A stretch of 63,019 bases of DNA, filler included, from Octopus bimaculoides (GCF_001194135.2; 9 parts of 9 records of this genome joined end to end with filler, not necessarily neighbours in it), one strand, 5' to 3'. Positions 1 to 11,408 are shown, counted from the first letter of the whole stretch. Numbers and translations: made by a program. The notes: a model not told the origin generated them from the sequence alone.

Positions 1-51
1 AAGAGAAGTGGGAGTGGAGAGAAGTATGAGTGAGGAGAGGAGTGGAAGCAA

Positions 52-255
52 CATTTGGAAGCCTGCATTATGCTACTTTTTCATTACAAAAATGAATCAT
101 TTTTGAATTGAATTGTAACATGTGATGAGAAATGGATCCAATACAAAAACTGTAAACATTCAGCACAATGGTTGGACAAAAACAAGTCACCAAAACACAG
201 TCTAAAAAGCAAAATTCATCAAAAGAAACTGATGGTATGTGTTTGGTGGCCTGGC
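52..255 (+). mobile_element. mariner transposase fragment (catalytic domain start)
   Basis: Manual translation HLEACIMLLFHYKNESFLN*IVTCDEKWIQYKNCKHSAQWLDKNKSPKHSLKSKIHQKKLMVCVWWP matches the mariner RIVTCDEKW...KKLMV.VWW motif; internal stop. Confidence 0.85.
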
Positions 256-394
256 ACGTTCATTAGCTATTGGTTTATTCACATCTTCCTTCTAGAACTA
301 TATTATTATTATTGCATGCATACTTGAATAGTGTCTAGTTAATTTACTATTATTTGTATTTTATTTTAATCATACTTATTTAACGTGTATTTAA

Positions 395-1030
395 TTCTGT
401 GTGGGGAAGAAAATCCTCTTTCTCTCTTATTGTTGATCAACCCATGCTATGATGTGATGATCTAGAAGATCTCCTCCATGCATAAATCACACCTCTTGTC
501 CCCAGTGCCATAAGACTTTGACTCTCGTTAATTACTTCCCACTTCAGTGTATAATCCTTATTTTTTTCTTTTAACTCTCAAATTAATTTAGTTAGACTAG
601 TGCTAGCTATTTTCCTCTTGTCTCTAAAGGTGTTTTCAAGGTTGGCTATCCTTTTTTTGTAGTTTTCTGTAGTAACAATATATTAGACCTTTTACTTCAC
701 AAAAGTTTCTTAATGGACTTTGGTTTTTTACTTTGCAGTCACAATTTCTAATTTCAATTCCTTTCATTGTCTCCTTATTAATAATGCTGTGTCTATTTTC
801 CTTGTCATAGAGTTTATTTTTGCTATATATATTTCCTGCATTTTGGGTCTAAACAAGTCTTAAGACTCTTGTTTGTTCAGTTCTTTATTTGTCTTAATGT
901 TTAAATTGTTACTTATACCATGCTCGTTGCTACCATTATCCGTATTTGCTTTGTTTATATTGTTATCATTGCTTTTATTCTTCCAATTCGTTCTATGTTG
1001 TAGGTTTATATTCTTCGCTTTATTTAATAT
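395..1030 (-). mobile_element. Penelope-like element, decayed linker + GIY-YIG endonuclease C-terminus
   Basis: Minus-strand translation with frameshifts: CDCKVKNQSPLE...FRDKRKIASTSLTKLI*ELKEKNKDYTLKWEVI...GDKRCDLCMEEIF, typical of the PLE GIY-YIG region. Confidence 0.7.
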
Positions 1031-1042
1031 AATTGGTAATAT

Positions 1043-2656
1043 AGGTGCATGACAACACAGGAATTCAAGACAGGATGCCCCTGGGAGCTCTTCTATGCTG
1101 ATGACCTTGCGCTAATTGCTGAGTCACTATCAGAACTAGAGAAGTTTCAGGTGCGGGAGCAAGGACTAGAATCGAAGGGCCTTAGAGTCAACCTAGCTAA
1201 AACCAAAGTCCTAATAAGTAGCAAAGTAGACAAACACACAAACCCTTCATGTAGATGGCTCAGCTTGATCTGTAGAAAAGGCATAGGTAGAAACTCTATA
1301 AGATGTATCCAGTGTAAGCTATGGACACATAAGAGGTGCAGCAATATCAAAGGAAGGCTAACTAGGAAGATAGTTTTTGTATGTGGCAGATGTTCAGGAG
1401 CAATAGACACTGAAAATGTGCAGAAAACAACTTTTGCCACATTCCAGGGAGAAAAACTAGAAGTGGTTGATAGCTTCCATTATCTAGGTGACCAAGTTAG
1501 TAGCGGGGGAGGGTGTGCTGAAAGTGTAGCTGCTAGAATAAGAATAGCCCGGGCAAAGTTCAGAGAGCTCTTACCTCTGCTGATGACAAAGGGCCTCTCA
1601 CACAGAGTAAAAGGCAAACTGTATGACGCATGTGTATGAACAGCCATGCAACATGGCAGTGAAACATGGGCTGTGACTGCTGAGGACATGCGTAAGCTCG
1701 CAAGGAATGAAGCCAGTATGCTCCGATGGATGTGTAATGTCAGTGTGCATACTAGACAGAGTGTAAGTACCTTGAGAGAAAAGTTGGACCTAAGAAGTAT
1801 CAGTTGTGGTGTGCAAGAGAGACGATTGCACTGGTATAGCCATGTGGCAAGAATGGATGAGGATAGCTGTGTGAAAAAGTGCCACACCCTAGCAGTTGAG
1901 GGAACCTGTGGAAGGGGTAGACCCAGGAAGACCTGGGATGAAGTGATGAAGCACGACCTTTGAACATTAGTCCTCACCGAGGCAATGACTTGTGACCGAG
2001 ACCTTTGGAAATATGCAGTGCATGAGAAGACCTGGCAAGCCAAGTGAGACCATAATCCGAGGCCTCTACCAGGGGTGTAGCCAGCCCACTTATGCGTACC
2101 TTTCCTTCATTGGACACTAAACTCGGCTTGCAAAGACCTGTTGGGGCAAGTGAAATCGAAATCATGATTGAACCAAATTTGATGACTGGCACCTGTGCCA
2201 GTGGAGCACTAAGAGCACCGTCTGAGCGTGATCATTGCCAGAGCAGCTGTCTGGCTTCCGTGCCAGTGGAACGTAAATAGCACCATTTGAGCGTGATCAT
2301 TACCAGTGTCACCTTACTGGCACTTGTGCCAGTGGCACGTGAAAAAACATTCGAGCGAAGTCGTTGCCAGTGCTGATGGACTGGCTCTTGTGCAGGTGGC
2401 ACATAAAAGCACCATTTTCAGTGTGGCCGTTGCCAGTACTACCTGACCGGCCCTCGTGCCGGTGGCACGTAAAAGTACCCACTACACTCTCGAAGTGGTT
2501 GGCGTTAGGAAGGGCATCCAGCTGTAGAAACTCTGCCAGATCAGATTGGAGCCTGGTGCAGCCATCTGGTTTGCCAGTCCTCAGTCAAATCGTCCAACTC
2601 ATGCTAGCATGTAAGGCGGACGTTAAACGGTGATGATGATGATGATGATGATGATA
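1043..2656 (+). mobile_element. 5'-truncated RTE-clade LINE (RT C-terminal half, repeat-rich 3'UTR, (GAT)n tail)
   Basis: ORFs 1049-1639 (CPWELFYADDLAL...GLRVNLAKTK) and 1646-1963 (GSETW...GRGRPRKTW) lie in one frame separated by a single TGA; (GAT)n tail ~2630-2656; possible decayed TSD ATAATTGGTAAT (1029-1040) / ATAGTTGTTAAT (2654-2665). Confidence 0.9.
2187..2480 (+). repeat. five ~65-bp tandem units in the RTE 3'UTR, each with a GTGCC-NNN-GGCAC-like mini-hairpin
   Basis: Motif starts at 2195, 2260, 2326, 2390 and 2456 (periods 64-66). Confidence 0.8.
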
Positions 2657-2689
2657 GTTGTTAATGTCAAATTGTAAAAATGATAAGTT

Positions 2690-3030
2690 TGCCTTCTTTG
2701 GTAATAAATGGAACCAAGATATCACTTCACCTGTACTGAACATAGATTAGAATTAAGTTTTTCTTTATTATAGGTATAATTCTATCTAAAAAGTTTTTAC
2801 TTATCTTTCCAAGGTCCGATTTAGTTGGACAAATTAATATAATAGAAGGATTAATATCAAAATCTAATTTGTGGACCTTAAGATTAAAATGTGGTGTATT
2901 TGGAGTGTATATTTCAGTGCGATCTTCAACATACAATTTATGCATGATTATACAATGTTCTTTATTAATCATTTCAAGATTTGATGGGTTAGCAATTTTA
3001 TAGAATTTGCATAGTTCTTTATGCATAAAA
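2690..3030 (-). mobile_element. Penelope-like RT N-terminal fragment
   Basis: ORF 2727-3026: TPHFNLKVHKLDFDINPSIILICPTKSDLGKISKNFLDRI resembles the PLE 'TiKdHK..F......RLInPtKSdiGkiSK.iLD' motif. Confidence 0.7.
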
Positions 3031-3039
3031 TCTTGGTAT

Positions 3040-3663
3040 AGAGAAGGTATATAGTAATAATAGCAATAACAATTCTAATAATGAAATGAACAGTAGTACT
3101 AAGACTACAGATAATGCTCAAAATACTGGAACACATAGCAATGATATCAATAGAACAAAATCCCAACAAAATTCTAACAACCATATATCTGAAAATACAC
3201 TATATGCCTTAGGTAATACAATACCACAAACTAATAGTAATAATAATTCACAAATAGTAAATATATCTAACTCCAAGATAAACAAGATGACAGCAAATTC
3301 AATGATAACATTAAGCACCATAACAAATAATCATAATAATATTAAGCATTATACCTCTGAACAGAAATATAAAAATAAAAATTGCTCATGTAAAAATAAA
3401 GAATCATGCCTTTTAGAAAGTAAATGTAGAAGATTTAACGTGATATTCAACTGCATGGTTACATTAGCAGATAGTTCAAGTAATATGGTATACATAAGGA
3501 GTTTTGTTAATTTTAAGCAAAGATTTTTAGCACACACACATTCCTTCAAGTCTTACATAACTAGTAATAATACTTCATTAGCTACCTATATACATAAATT
3601 AAAACAAAATAAAGTTAACTATAGATTAGATTGGTCAATAATAGATTCTGCTACAGCATACAC
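3040..3663 (+). mobile_element. Penelope-like Asn-rich linker + GIY-YIG endonuclease fragment
   Basis: First half of ORF 3086-4054: CSCKNKESCLLESKC...FKQRFLAHTHSF...TSLATYIHKLKQNKVNYRLDWSII. Confidence 0.75.
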
Positions 3664-5246
3664 ACAAGTGTATTCTCCTGAAGTCGCGAAACCACTTCAG
3701 ATACTTTTCCAAAGTTTCCTTGCAAGTGGTATACTTCCTAAAAAGCTGAAAGACGACATTGTATGCCCTATCTACAAAGATGGAAGCAAAGCAGAGGCCA
3801 AAAACTACAGGCCAATCTTTCTAACTTCTTCACATATCAGAGAGAAGTTGATAGTGTTCTTAGAAGAAAATGACCTACTTTACAATATACAGCATAGCTT
3901 CTATCCAGGAAGAAGCTGCCTCACACAGCTCTTACAGCACTATGATTGGGTTTTGAAACAGCTGCTTGACCATTCAGATGTCAGTGTGATATACCTTGAC
4001 TTTACAAAGGTATTTGATAAGGTAGATCAAGGCATGATAAGTCATAAGCTATGAGACCTTGGCATTGCTGGTAAACTGGGAGAGTGGCTGCATGACTTCC
4101 TTAAAAACAGAAGTCAGGTAGTTGCAGCCAATGGTGTCCTTTCTTAAGAAACTCAAATTTTAAGTGGTGATCCCCAGGGAACTATTCTGGGGCCATTACT
4201 GTTCATAAGAGCCCTCTTAGACATGTCTACAGTCACTCAGACAGACACGGTCACTAGCGATGCCAATGATACAAAAATTATCACAGGCAATAAAAAACCA
4301 AGATGATGTCACAAGCTTACAGCAGGACCTGAATTCAATATACAAGTGGGCTGAAATAAACAACATGCAGTTTCATGTAGGAAAATTTCAAGCACTGCAC
4401 TATTAACTCACAAAGACAATATATACATATACAGGATCCGAAGGCACTACAATCCCAGAGTCGCGGGCAGTGAAAGACTTGGGGATCAGTATGAGCAATA
4501 ATGTATCATTTTTTATGCACATCAGCAAAATGGCAGCAAAGTGTAGGATGGATACTGAAGTCCTTCAAGACAAGAGACCAAGAAACTATGTTGCCTCTGT
4601 GGAGAACCTTTGTTCTCAGCCACCTCGACTACTGCTTGCTATTATGGTCACCACATAGTGCCAAACTAACAGCAGAGCTTGAAGCAGTCCAAAGTCACTA
4701 AACTAAAAAGATTGAAACGGTGCAGAAGATGAGCTACAGGGATAGACTGAGAAAACTACAGCTTTACTCCCTGGAGTGAAGGCATGAGAGATATGCAATA
4801 ATATACATATGGAAAATCCTAACTTTGGCACTGAGTGTTATACAAATGCCAGAACTGGTCGCCATTGTGTTGTACCAAAGGTACCATCCACTCTATCTAA
4901 ATTCAGAACCAAGTACTGTAATAGACTATGGTTAAAAGGCCCACAGCTCTTCAATGCCCGGCACAAAAATGAAGAAATTTGCATAAGGTGGAAGTAGATG
5001 TCTTCCAAAAGGAACTAGGCATCCTCCTCTCCATAATACCAGATGAACCAATAGCCCGATATGAGGTACACATGAGGGCATCAGAATCAAACTCCTTTAT
5101 ACACCAAATATACCAACAGCTGGGACAAAGGCACATACAGCAGTGGTGACGTGAAACACCTAGACTGAGGAAGTCAGAAAGACCATGGTGGTGCTCCAGC
5201 ATGACCACAGCTGCATGGCTGAAACGAGTAAAAATTAAAAAAGAGA
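3664..5246 (+). mobile_element. 5'-truncated, decayed CR1-type LINE (RT + 3' tail)
   Basis: EVAKPLQILF...NYRPI..., YLDFTKVFDKVD, then SGDPQGTILGPLLF and a mutated YADD (SDANDTK), with stops; 3' end GGTGGTGCTCCAGCATG...CTGAAACGAGTAAA. Confidence 0.88.
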
Positions 5247-5268
5247 GTATATATATACATATACAAAC

Positions 5269-5299
<31 letters not shown>

Positions 5300-5619
5300 T
5301 ACACACACACATATATACATATACACACATATATATGTGCATATATATATNNNNNNNNNNNNNNNNNNNNNNNNNNNNNNNNNNNNNNNNNNNNTTAATT
5401 AATTAANNNNNNNNNNNNNNNNNNNNNNNNNNNNNNNNNNNNNNNNNNNNGTGGTGATGGTTGTAACGGTGAAGATGGCGGTGGTATTGGTGGTGGTGTG
5501 TCATATTAATTAATTAAATCAGTCGGTGGCCAAAGGAGAAAAAAGAATTCGAGTTTAATGAGTTTTGCCCAACCACTGACTCAAACAGGCTAAAACAACA
5601 ACAACAACAACAACATCTA

Positions 5620-5791
5620 CTACTACAACAAGAATACTACTATTACTACTAGAATGCAATTACTACGACTACTACTACTACTACTAGAATGCAATTACTA
5701 CTACTACTACTAGAATGCAATTACTACTACTACTACTACTACTACTAGAATACAATTACTACGACTACTACTACTACTACTAGAATGCAAT

Positions 5792-5823
<32 letters not shown>

Positions 5824-5832
5824 GAATGCAAT

Positions 5833-5866
<34 letters not shown>

Positions 5867-5868
5867 GC
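5620..5868. repeat. compound minisatellite [CTAGAATGCAATTA(CTA)n] x6
   Basis: Units at ~5649, 5684, 5710, 5745, 5780 and 5821. Confidence 0.85.
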
Positions 5869-5990
5869 TAGGTAAACTGTAGCAACAACTACTACACCTA
5901 TTACCACTGCTACTATTGGTAACACCACTACCACCACTTCTATTACGCAATTAGTAACAACGGCTTCTACTGTCACTAGTGCAACTAGCA

Positions 5991-6023
<33 letters not shown>

Positions 6024-6282
6024 ACCACCACCACTGCTACAGCAGCAGCAACAACATCAACAACAATTCCAACCACAAATGCAACTGCCTCTACTATTTT
6101 AGCTTACTACTACAACTGTAGCAAAAACAACAGCAACAACAATTGCAAATGTCTTCCAGGACCGGAACTAAGCTCTGGGATCGTATTCTGCGCCACAGAA
6201 ACAGTGGATGACTCCGACAATTCTAGAGCTAATAAATGCAATTGAATCCGCACTTGCAAGACATACCAGTGAGTCGTACGGA

Positions 6283-6512
6283 ATACTCTTTTCTACTTTA
6301 GGCACAAGGCCCAAAATTTTGGGGGTGGGAGCCAGTCGATTAGATTGACCCCCCACCCCCCACCCCAGTACGCAACTGGTCCTTAATTTATCGACCCCGA
6401 AAGGATGAAAGGCAAAGTCGACCTCGGCGGAATTTGAGCTCAGAACGTAGCGGAAGACAAAATACCGCTAGGCATTTCGCCCAGCGTTCTAAAGAGTCTG
6501 CCAGCTCGCCGA
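6283..6512 (-). mobile_element. tRNA-headed SINE, family A
   Basis: Head GGCGAGCTGGCAG (A-box-like), B-box-like GAGCTCAAATTCC, core GTCGACTTTGCCTTTCATCCTTTCGGGGTCGATAAA. Other copies: ~22808-22975(+), 23415-23630(+), 28480-28605(-), 38105-38285(+), 51860-52020(-), 58017-58200(+), 58215-58420(+), 59055-59250(+). Confidence 0.85.
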
Positions 6513-7197
6513 AATAATGTTTAATGTTAGTTGTCAGCATTGCTTTTGTACTGGTACCTATGCAATCAGATGGATCATTATTTAAGTAGTCNNNNNNNNN
6601 NNNNNNNNNNNNNNNNNNNNNNNNNNNNNNNNNNNNNNNNNNNNNNNNNNNNNNNNNNNNNNNNNNNNNNNNNNNNNNNNNNNNNNNNNNNNNNNNNNNN
6701 NNNNNNNNNNNNNNNNNNNNNNNNNNNNNNNNNNNNNNNNNNNNNNNNNNNNNNNNNNNNNNNNNNNNNNNNNNNNNNNNNNNNNNNNNNNNNNNNNNNN
6801 NNNNNNNNNNNNNNNNNNNNNNNNNNNNNNNNNNNNNNNNNNNNNNNNNNNNNNNNNNNNNNNNNNNNNNNNNNNNNNNNNNNNNNNNNNNNNNNNNNNN
6901 NNNNNNNNNNNNNNNNNNNNNNNNNNNNNNNNNNNNNNNNNNNNNNNNNNNNNNNNNNNNNNNNNNNNNNNNNNNNNNNNNNNNNNNNNNNNNNNNNNNN
7001 NNNNNNNNNNNNNNNNNNNNNNNNNNNNNNNNNNNNNNNNNNNNNNNNNNNNNNNNNNNNNNNNNNNNNNNNNNNNNNNNNNNNNNNNNNNNNNNNNNNN
7101 NNNNNNNNNNNNNNNNNNNNNNNNNNNNNNNNNNNNNNNNNNNNNNNNNNNNNNNNNNNNNNNNNNNNNNNNNNNNNNNNNNNNNNNNNNNNNATAT

Positions 7198-7365
7198 ATA
7201 TACGAGGGGCTTCTTTCAGTTTCCATCTACCAAATTCACTCACAAGGCTTTGGTCGGCCCAAGGTTATAGTAGAAAACATTTTTGCCTAAGGTGTCATGC
7301 AGTGGGACTGAACCCGGAACTATGTAGTTTGGCAGCAAGCTTCTTACCATATAGCCACACCTGCG
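7198..7365 (-). mobile_element. tRNA-headed SINE, family C (5' part)
   Basis: Matches the full copy at 39933-40322. Confidence 0.8.
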
Positions 7366-7959
7366 CCTATGTGCGCGTGCGTGTGCGCGTGCGCGTGCGT
7401 GTGCGTGGGCGTTTCGCTTAGTCATAGTAATACAAATCATTTGTGTTAGAATACAATATATGTAGGCTTTAAAAAATGCATTTGTCAAGTATAAAGCGTA
7501 ATATGAAATTAAATTAATTAGAAGGGAACAAAAAATTATGGAGTTCGTTAATTTCTTGTTCCCTTGTCATTTATTTAAAATATTTTTCTCCCGCTAAACA
7601 GCAACACTAGCCACTAATACTAACTACCATACTTCACATTAGATAATGTAGTCCTAGATGTACTTTGTCTGGATAAAGATGGAATGGTGACAGCGGAACA
7701 TCTCTGATCATAGGTCGGCCGGATCAGCACTGACCTGGGGTTAAACAACAACAACAGCAACAACTACGTCCAGAACACTAACAACATGACACTATAGCAC
7801 CACTCCAGCCGCCGTAACCCTAAAGCTAAAAGTTGAAGAGCTCTGCAAAGGTCAAGAGGTCAGCTTGTTAAAAATTCGACACTGAAAGCTTCATTTAACA
7901 GCGAGAATGTGATTTTGGCAATGCGGTTTCGTTATCTGCCAATCGCTGCCTCAGCTTGG

Positions 7960-8520
7960 ACGAACGTCTTCAAGAACAACAACAGGAACGACATCAACTA
8001 CCACCACCACCACCACCACCACTGCCGCTAGCGCTTCTACTACTACTACGACTACTACGACTACTACGACTACTACTACTACTACCACCACAACCACCAC
8101 TAGTACCACAGCTCTTACCACAACCACTATTACTACTACCACCTGCACCACCGCTACTACTACCAGCGCCTCTAGTACTACCACTACCACTGATACCATC
8201 ACCGCAACCAATACTACTACTACTACAATTTCTACCACCACCATCACATCTACTACTACCACCACGACCACCGATATCATCACCACAACCACCACCAACA
8301 CTACTACCACCACCACCACCACCACCATCACCTCTACTACTACCACCACGACCACCGATATCATCACCACAACCACTACCACCACGACCAGTACGACTAT
8401 TACTACAAATGTATTTCTCCATCGTTTTCTGGGGCACAAAAATAGGAACCCCGCTCTCCACGTACCCACACACACACCATCCGAATCCCATCCTCACAGC
8501 CATCACCACCACCACTGCCA
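7960..8520. repeat. degenerate (ACN)n trinucleotide tract with internal ~84-bp duplication
   Basis: ACT/ACC/ACG/ACA runs; the duplicated segment CTACTACTACCACCACGACCACCGATATCATCACCACAACC occurs at ~8250 and ~8335. Confidence 0.8.
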
Positions 8521-8946
8521 AAATGTCGACTAATCGTCTCAGTATCTATCCTTAGAATTCTCCAGAATTCTTCACCGTGTTCGTCTTGCCCTTGGCGCAC
8601 ACGTCGAGTTCCATTCTAGTTGAAGTGATTTTGAGGGACGGAAAAATTATCTCTCGGATAAATTTACGGTATATTAGGCGCCCAACTTACTTAAATTTAT
8701 ATACACACACACACACACACACACACATATGCACATACATATATACACACACGTATACATAGTGTATATACATATACATATATATGTATGCATATATCTG
8801 TACTCATAAATATATACGAGCGCATACATATTGTAAATATAAATTATACACACACATATAGGGATATGTATATAACGTATTGTGCTAGATATCTCTATAA
8901 TATTATATATGTGTCTGCGTATTTTCCTTTGTATATACATACATAC

Positions 8947-8987
<41 letters not shown>

Positions 8988-9206
8988 NNNNNNNNNNNNN
9001 NNNNNNNNNNNNNNNNNNNNNNNNNNNNNNNNNNNNNNNNNNNNNNNNNNNNNNNNNNNNNNNNNNNNNNNNNNNNNNNNNNNNNNNNNNNNNNNNNNNN
9101 NNNNNNNNNNNNNNNNNNNNNNNNNNNNNNNNNNNNNNNNNNNNNNNNNNNNNNNNNNNNNNNNNNNNNNNNNNNNNNNNCTTATATATATATACATATA
9201 TTAATT

Positions 9207-9301
9207 ATTCTTGAACAAGAATGTTGTTGAGAGTGACTTCGAAGTTTCGGCCAGCTACGTCTTCATCGAAGTCAATGTCAACAACGTTCTTGTTTAAGAA
9301 T
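9207..9301. repeat. ~95-bp imperfect palindrome with a degenerate hammerhead-like core on the minus strand
   Basis: 36-bp arms (2 G-U, 2 mismatches on +); minus strand reads TTCGATGA-A-GAC..GCC-GAAA-CTTCGAAG-TC. Confidence 0.6.
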
Positions 9302-9709
9302 GATAGATTTGTACTCTACAAAAGTATAAAAGGACCCATCAAATTAAAGTACAAATTGATTTTATTATAACTGACTAAATATAAAAAGAAAACAATGTGT
9401 GTGTGTATATATATGCATATTAAAAGTATATGCATATATGCCCTAATTCTTCGAAACGCTTAGTTTAAAATAGGGGCAGCTGATGAAGGAAATGTTCTCT
9501 ATGTGGTCTGTTTGCTTTCTGTGCCCTGTTTATGTTCTGATTTTCATTTTGTCCACGTTTTGTTGTGACGTCCTGTACCCAGATATGCATCTATAAATAC
9601 ATGTAGATGCAGGTATGTACATACATGTTCGTATATATGCATATACTCACATATTATTTGTATTATATATATATATATATACAGACAGTCTGTTAAAGTC
9701 TGTCATACC

Positions 9710-9749
9710 GGCCATGACGAAGGGAAATAGCCCTGAAACTCGAGTCGCC
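9710..9749 (+). ncRNA. minimal type I hammerhead ribozyme-like motif (core has one defect)
   Basis: GGC-C-ATGACGA-AGGG(aaatag)CCCT-GAAA-CTCGAG-TC-GCC: stem I GGC/GCC, stem II AGGG/CCCT, palindromic stem III, GUC site; an extra or substituted A at the C3 position. Confidence 0.55.
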
Positions 9750-10030
9750 TTTATAAATATATATTTATATTTATATATTTATATATTTGATCCTTTATAT
9801 TGAACACTCAATATTTCATCTACATTCAATACTTTCTTTCATGGTGCCATCCATTTTTATTTTATTTTATTTTATATTGTATATTGTATATTGTATATCA
9901 TATTATATATTGTATATTCCATATTCTATANNNNNNNNNNNNNNNNNNNNNNNNNNNNNNNNNNNNNNNNNNNNTTAATTAATTAANNNNNNNNNNNNNN
10001 NNNNNNNNNNNNNNNNNNNNNNNNNNNNNN

Positions 10031-10300
10031 CAGGATTTCTTGAAGGATTTTTTCCAAATACTTCTTGAACTTTATGGGGTCTTTTTCTACTTTAATGTAC
10101 TTTGGTGTAATGCTAAAGGGAGCCGGACCAATTGAAGTGAAATAATTTTGCCGTAATGTTGTTATGAGATGCAAGTTTAATTCATGTTGTGGGTAGATAA
10201 TACAGGACCCAAGCCATGGGTATATCTTAAAGGGGATGCCAACATCATTTGGGTAATGCTGATAAGATATTGTCTACCCTGATTTTAGGGTGTTTTATTA
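10031..10300 (-). mobile_element. CR1-type LINE C-terminal fragment
   Basis: TLRQNYFTSIGPAPFSITPKYIKVEKDPIKFKKYLEKILQEI resembles the C-terminal region of the CR1 at ~4900-5050. Confidence 0.55.
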
Positions 10301-11112
10301 TATATATCGTGCATCTACTTCTAGCTTCTATTGCTGCCTTTCTTTAAATTCTGTTTTCTGTCCCCTATTTTTCCCCTTTCCAGTAAGTTCAGCTGCGCTC
10401 TGTAGACATTATATTATTATTAGAACATTCACATAATCGATCATTTGTAAAAGCAAAGAAAATCTAATGAAGCTTGTATATTGAATAAAACAGAACTGTA
10501 TTTTTACAGTCCAAAAATCAATATCTATAAACAATAACTGAATTTCAACAGACAAAGAAAGTTTTGTATATTCACAAAGGGGGATATGTGTCTGTTTCTT
10601 AAGTAGTTAATACAGAGAGATGCATAGCAAAGAAATTGCCAAATCTTATAAAATACGGGAGTCTAAGGCGACTAAAACACCTAGTAATGGTATATGTGTT
10701 ACTTGAATTATTTACGTTTCCTGGCAGTTCATATTTTTCTGTGAAGATATGTGGCAATGTTCCATCAGTATTTGCAGAAATATACATATACACTGTTGGT
10801 GTGTGTTTGTAGGTTATTTTTTTATGAAACCATTCTTAATATTGACTGATTCAGACATAGAAGAGCAAGATAAATATGTTGGTAGACAGATAAATTCCAC
10901 TTACTTCTAAATAACAATTTCAAATTGGAATTCATTCACTTCATTATTTAGATCTATATTTTCCTAATGATCAGAAATCTTTAAAATAGGGAACTAAGAC
11001 AAGTAGGTGGGGATAGACAGTGAAGTATAACTGTCAACACTACGAATCACGTGAATGTAATCAAAATAGTGTTCTTTCTTTGATCTCCTAACAACTGTAT
11101 ATTGTTTTATTG

Positions 11113-11408
11113 TGTGGCCTTTGACGACAACACTAGCGACGGTATAATGTATTGGTAAAATTAAAACTAAACAAACATATAAACATGGTTATATACAAAA
11201 TAGAAAATGTAATGGTTTATCTATTTCATTGCCAGGAAATACTTACCCTGGTGGTAAAAATGTGGCCTTTAACGAAAACAATAGCGACAGTATAATGTAT
11301 TGGTAGAATTGAAACTAAACAAACATATAAACATGATTATATACAAAATAGAAAATGTAATGGTTTATCTTTTTATTGCCAGGAAATACTTACTTTGGTG
11401 GTAAAAAT
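11113..11408. repeat. 148-bp tandem duplication containing a complete GT-AG intron
   Basis: Copies at 11113-11260 and 11261-11408; each carries a minus-strand GTAAGTAT...TTTGTTTAG intron (11167-11246 and 11315-11393). Confidence 0.9.

Noticed and set aside
2187-2480. Regularly spaced ~65-bp repeats resembling a CRISPR array
   Set aside because: The whole units are homologous (no unique spacers), they lie in a LINE 3'UTR, the context is eukaryotic, and there are no cas genes.
5395-5406. Palindromic TTAATTAATTAA recurring eight times (also 9975, 17478, 30663, 42661, 46376, 53074, 61823)
   Set aside because: It always sits inside N runs (44 N + 12-mer + 44 N = 100 bp where counted) and has stops in all six frames: an artificial scaffold gap spacer.
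11239-11252. ATACTTACCCTGG resembling the U1 snRNA 5' end
   Set aside because: It is the reverse complement of a minus-strand splice donor; no U1 body follows.
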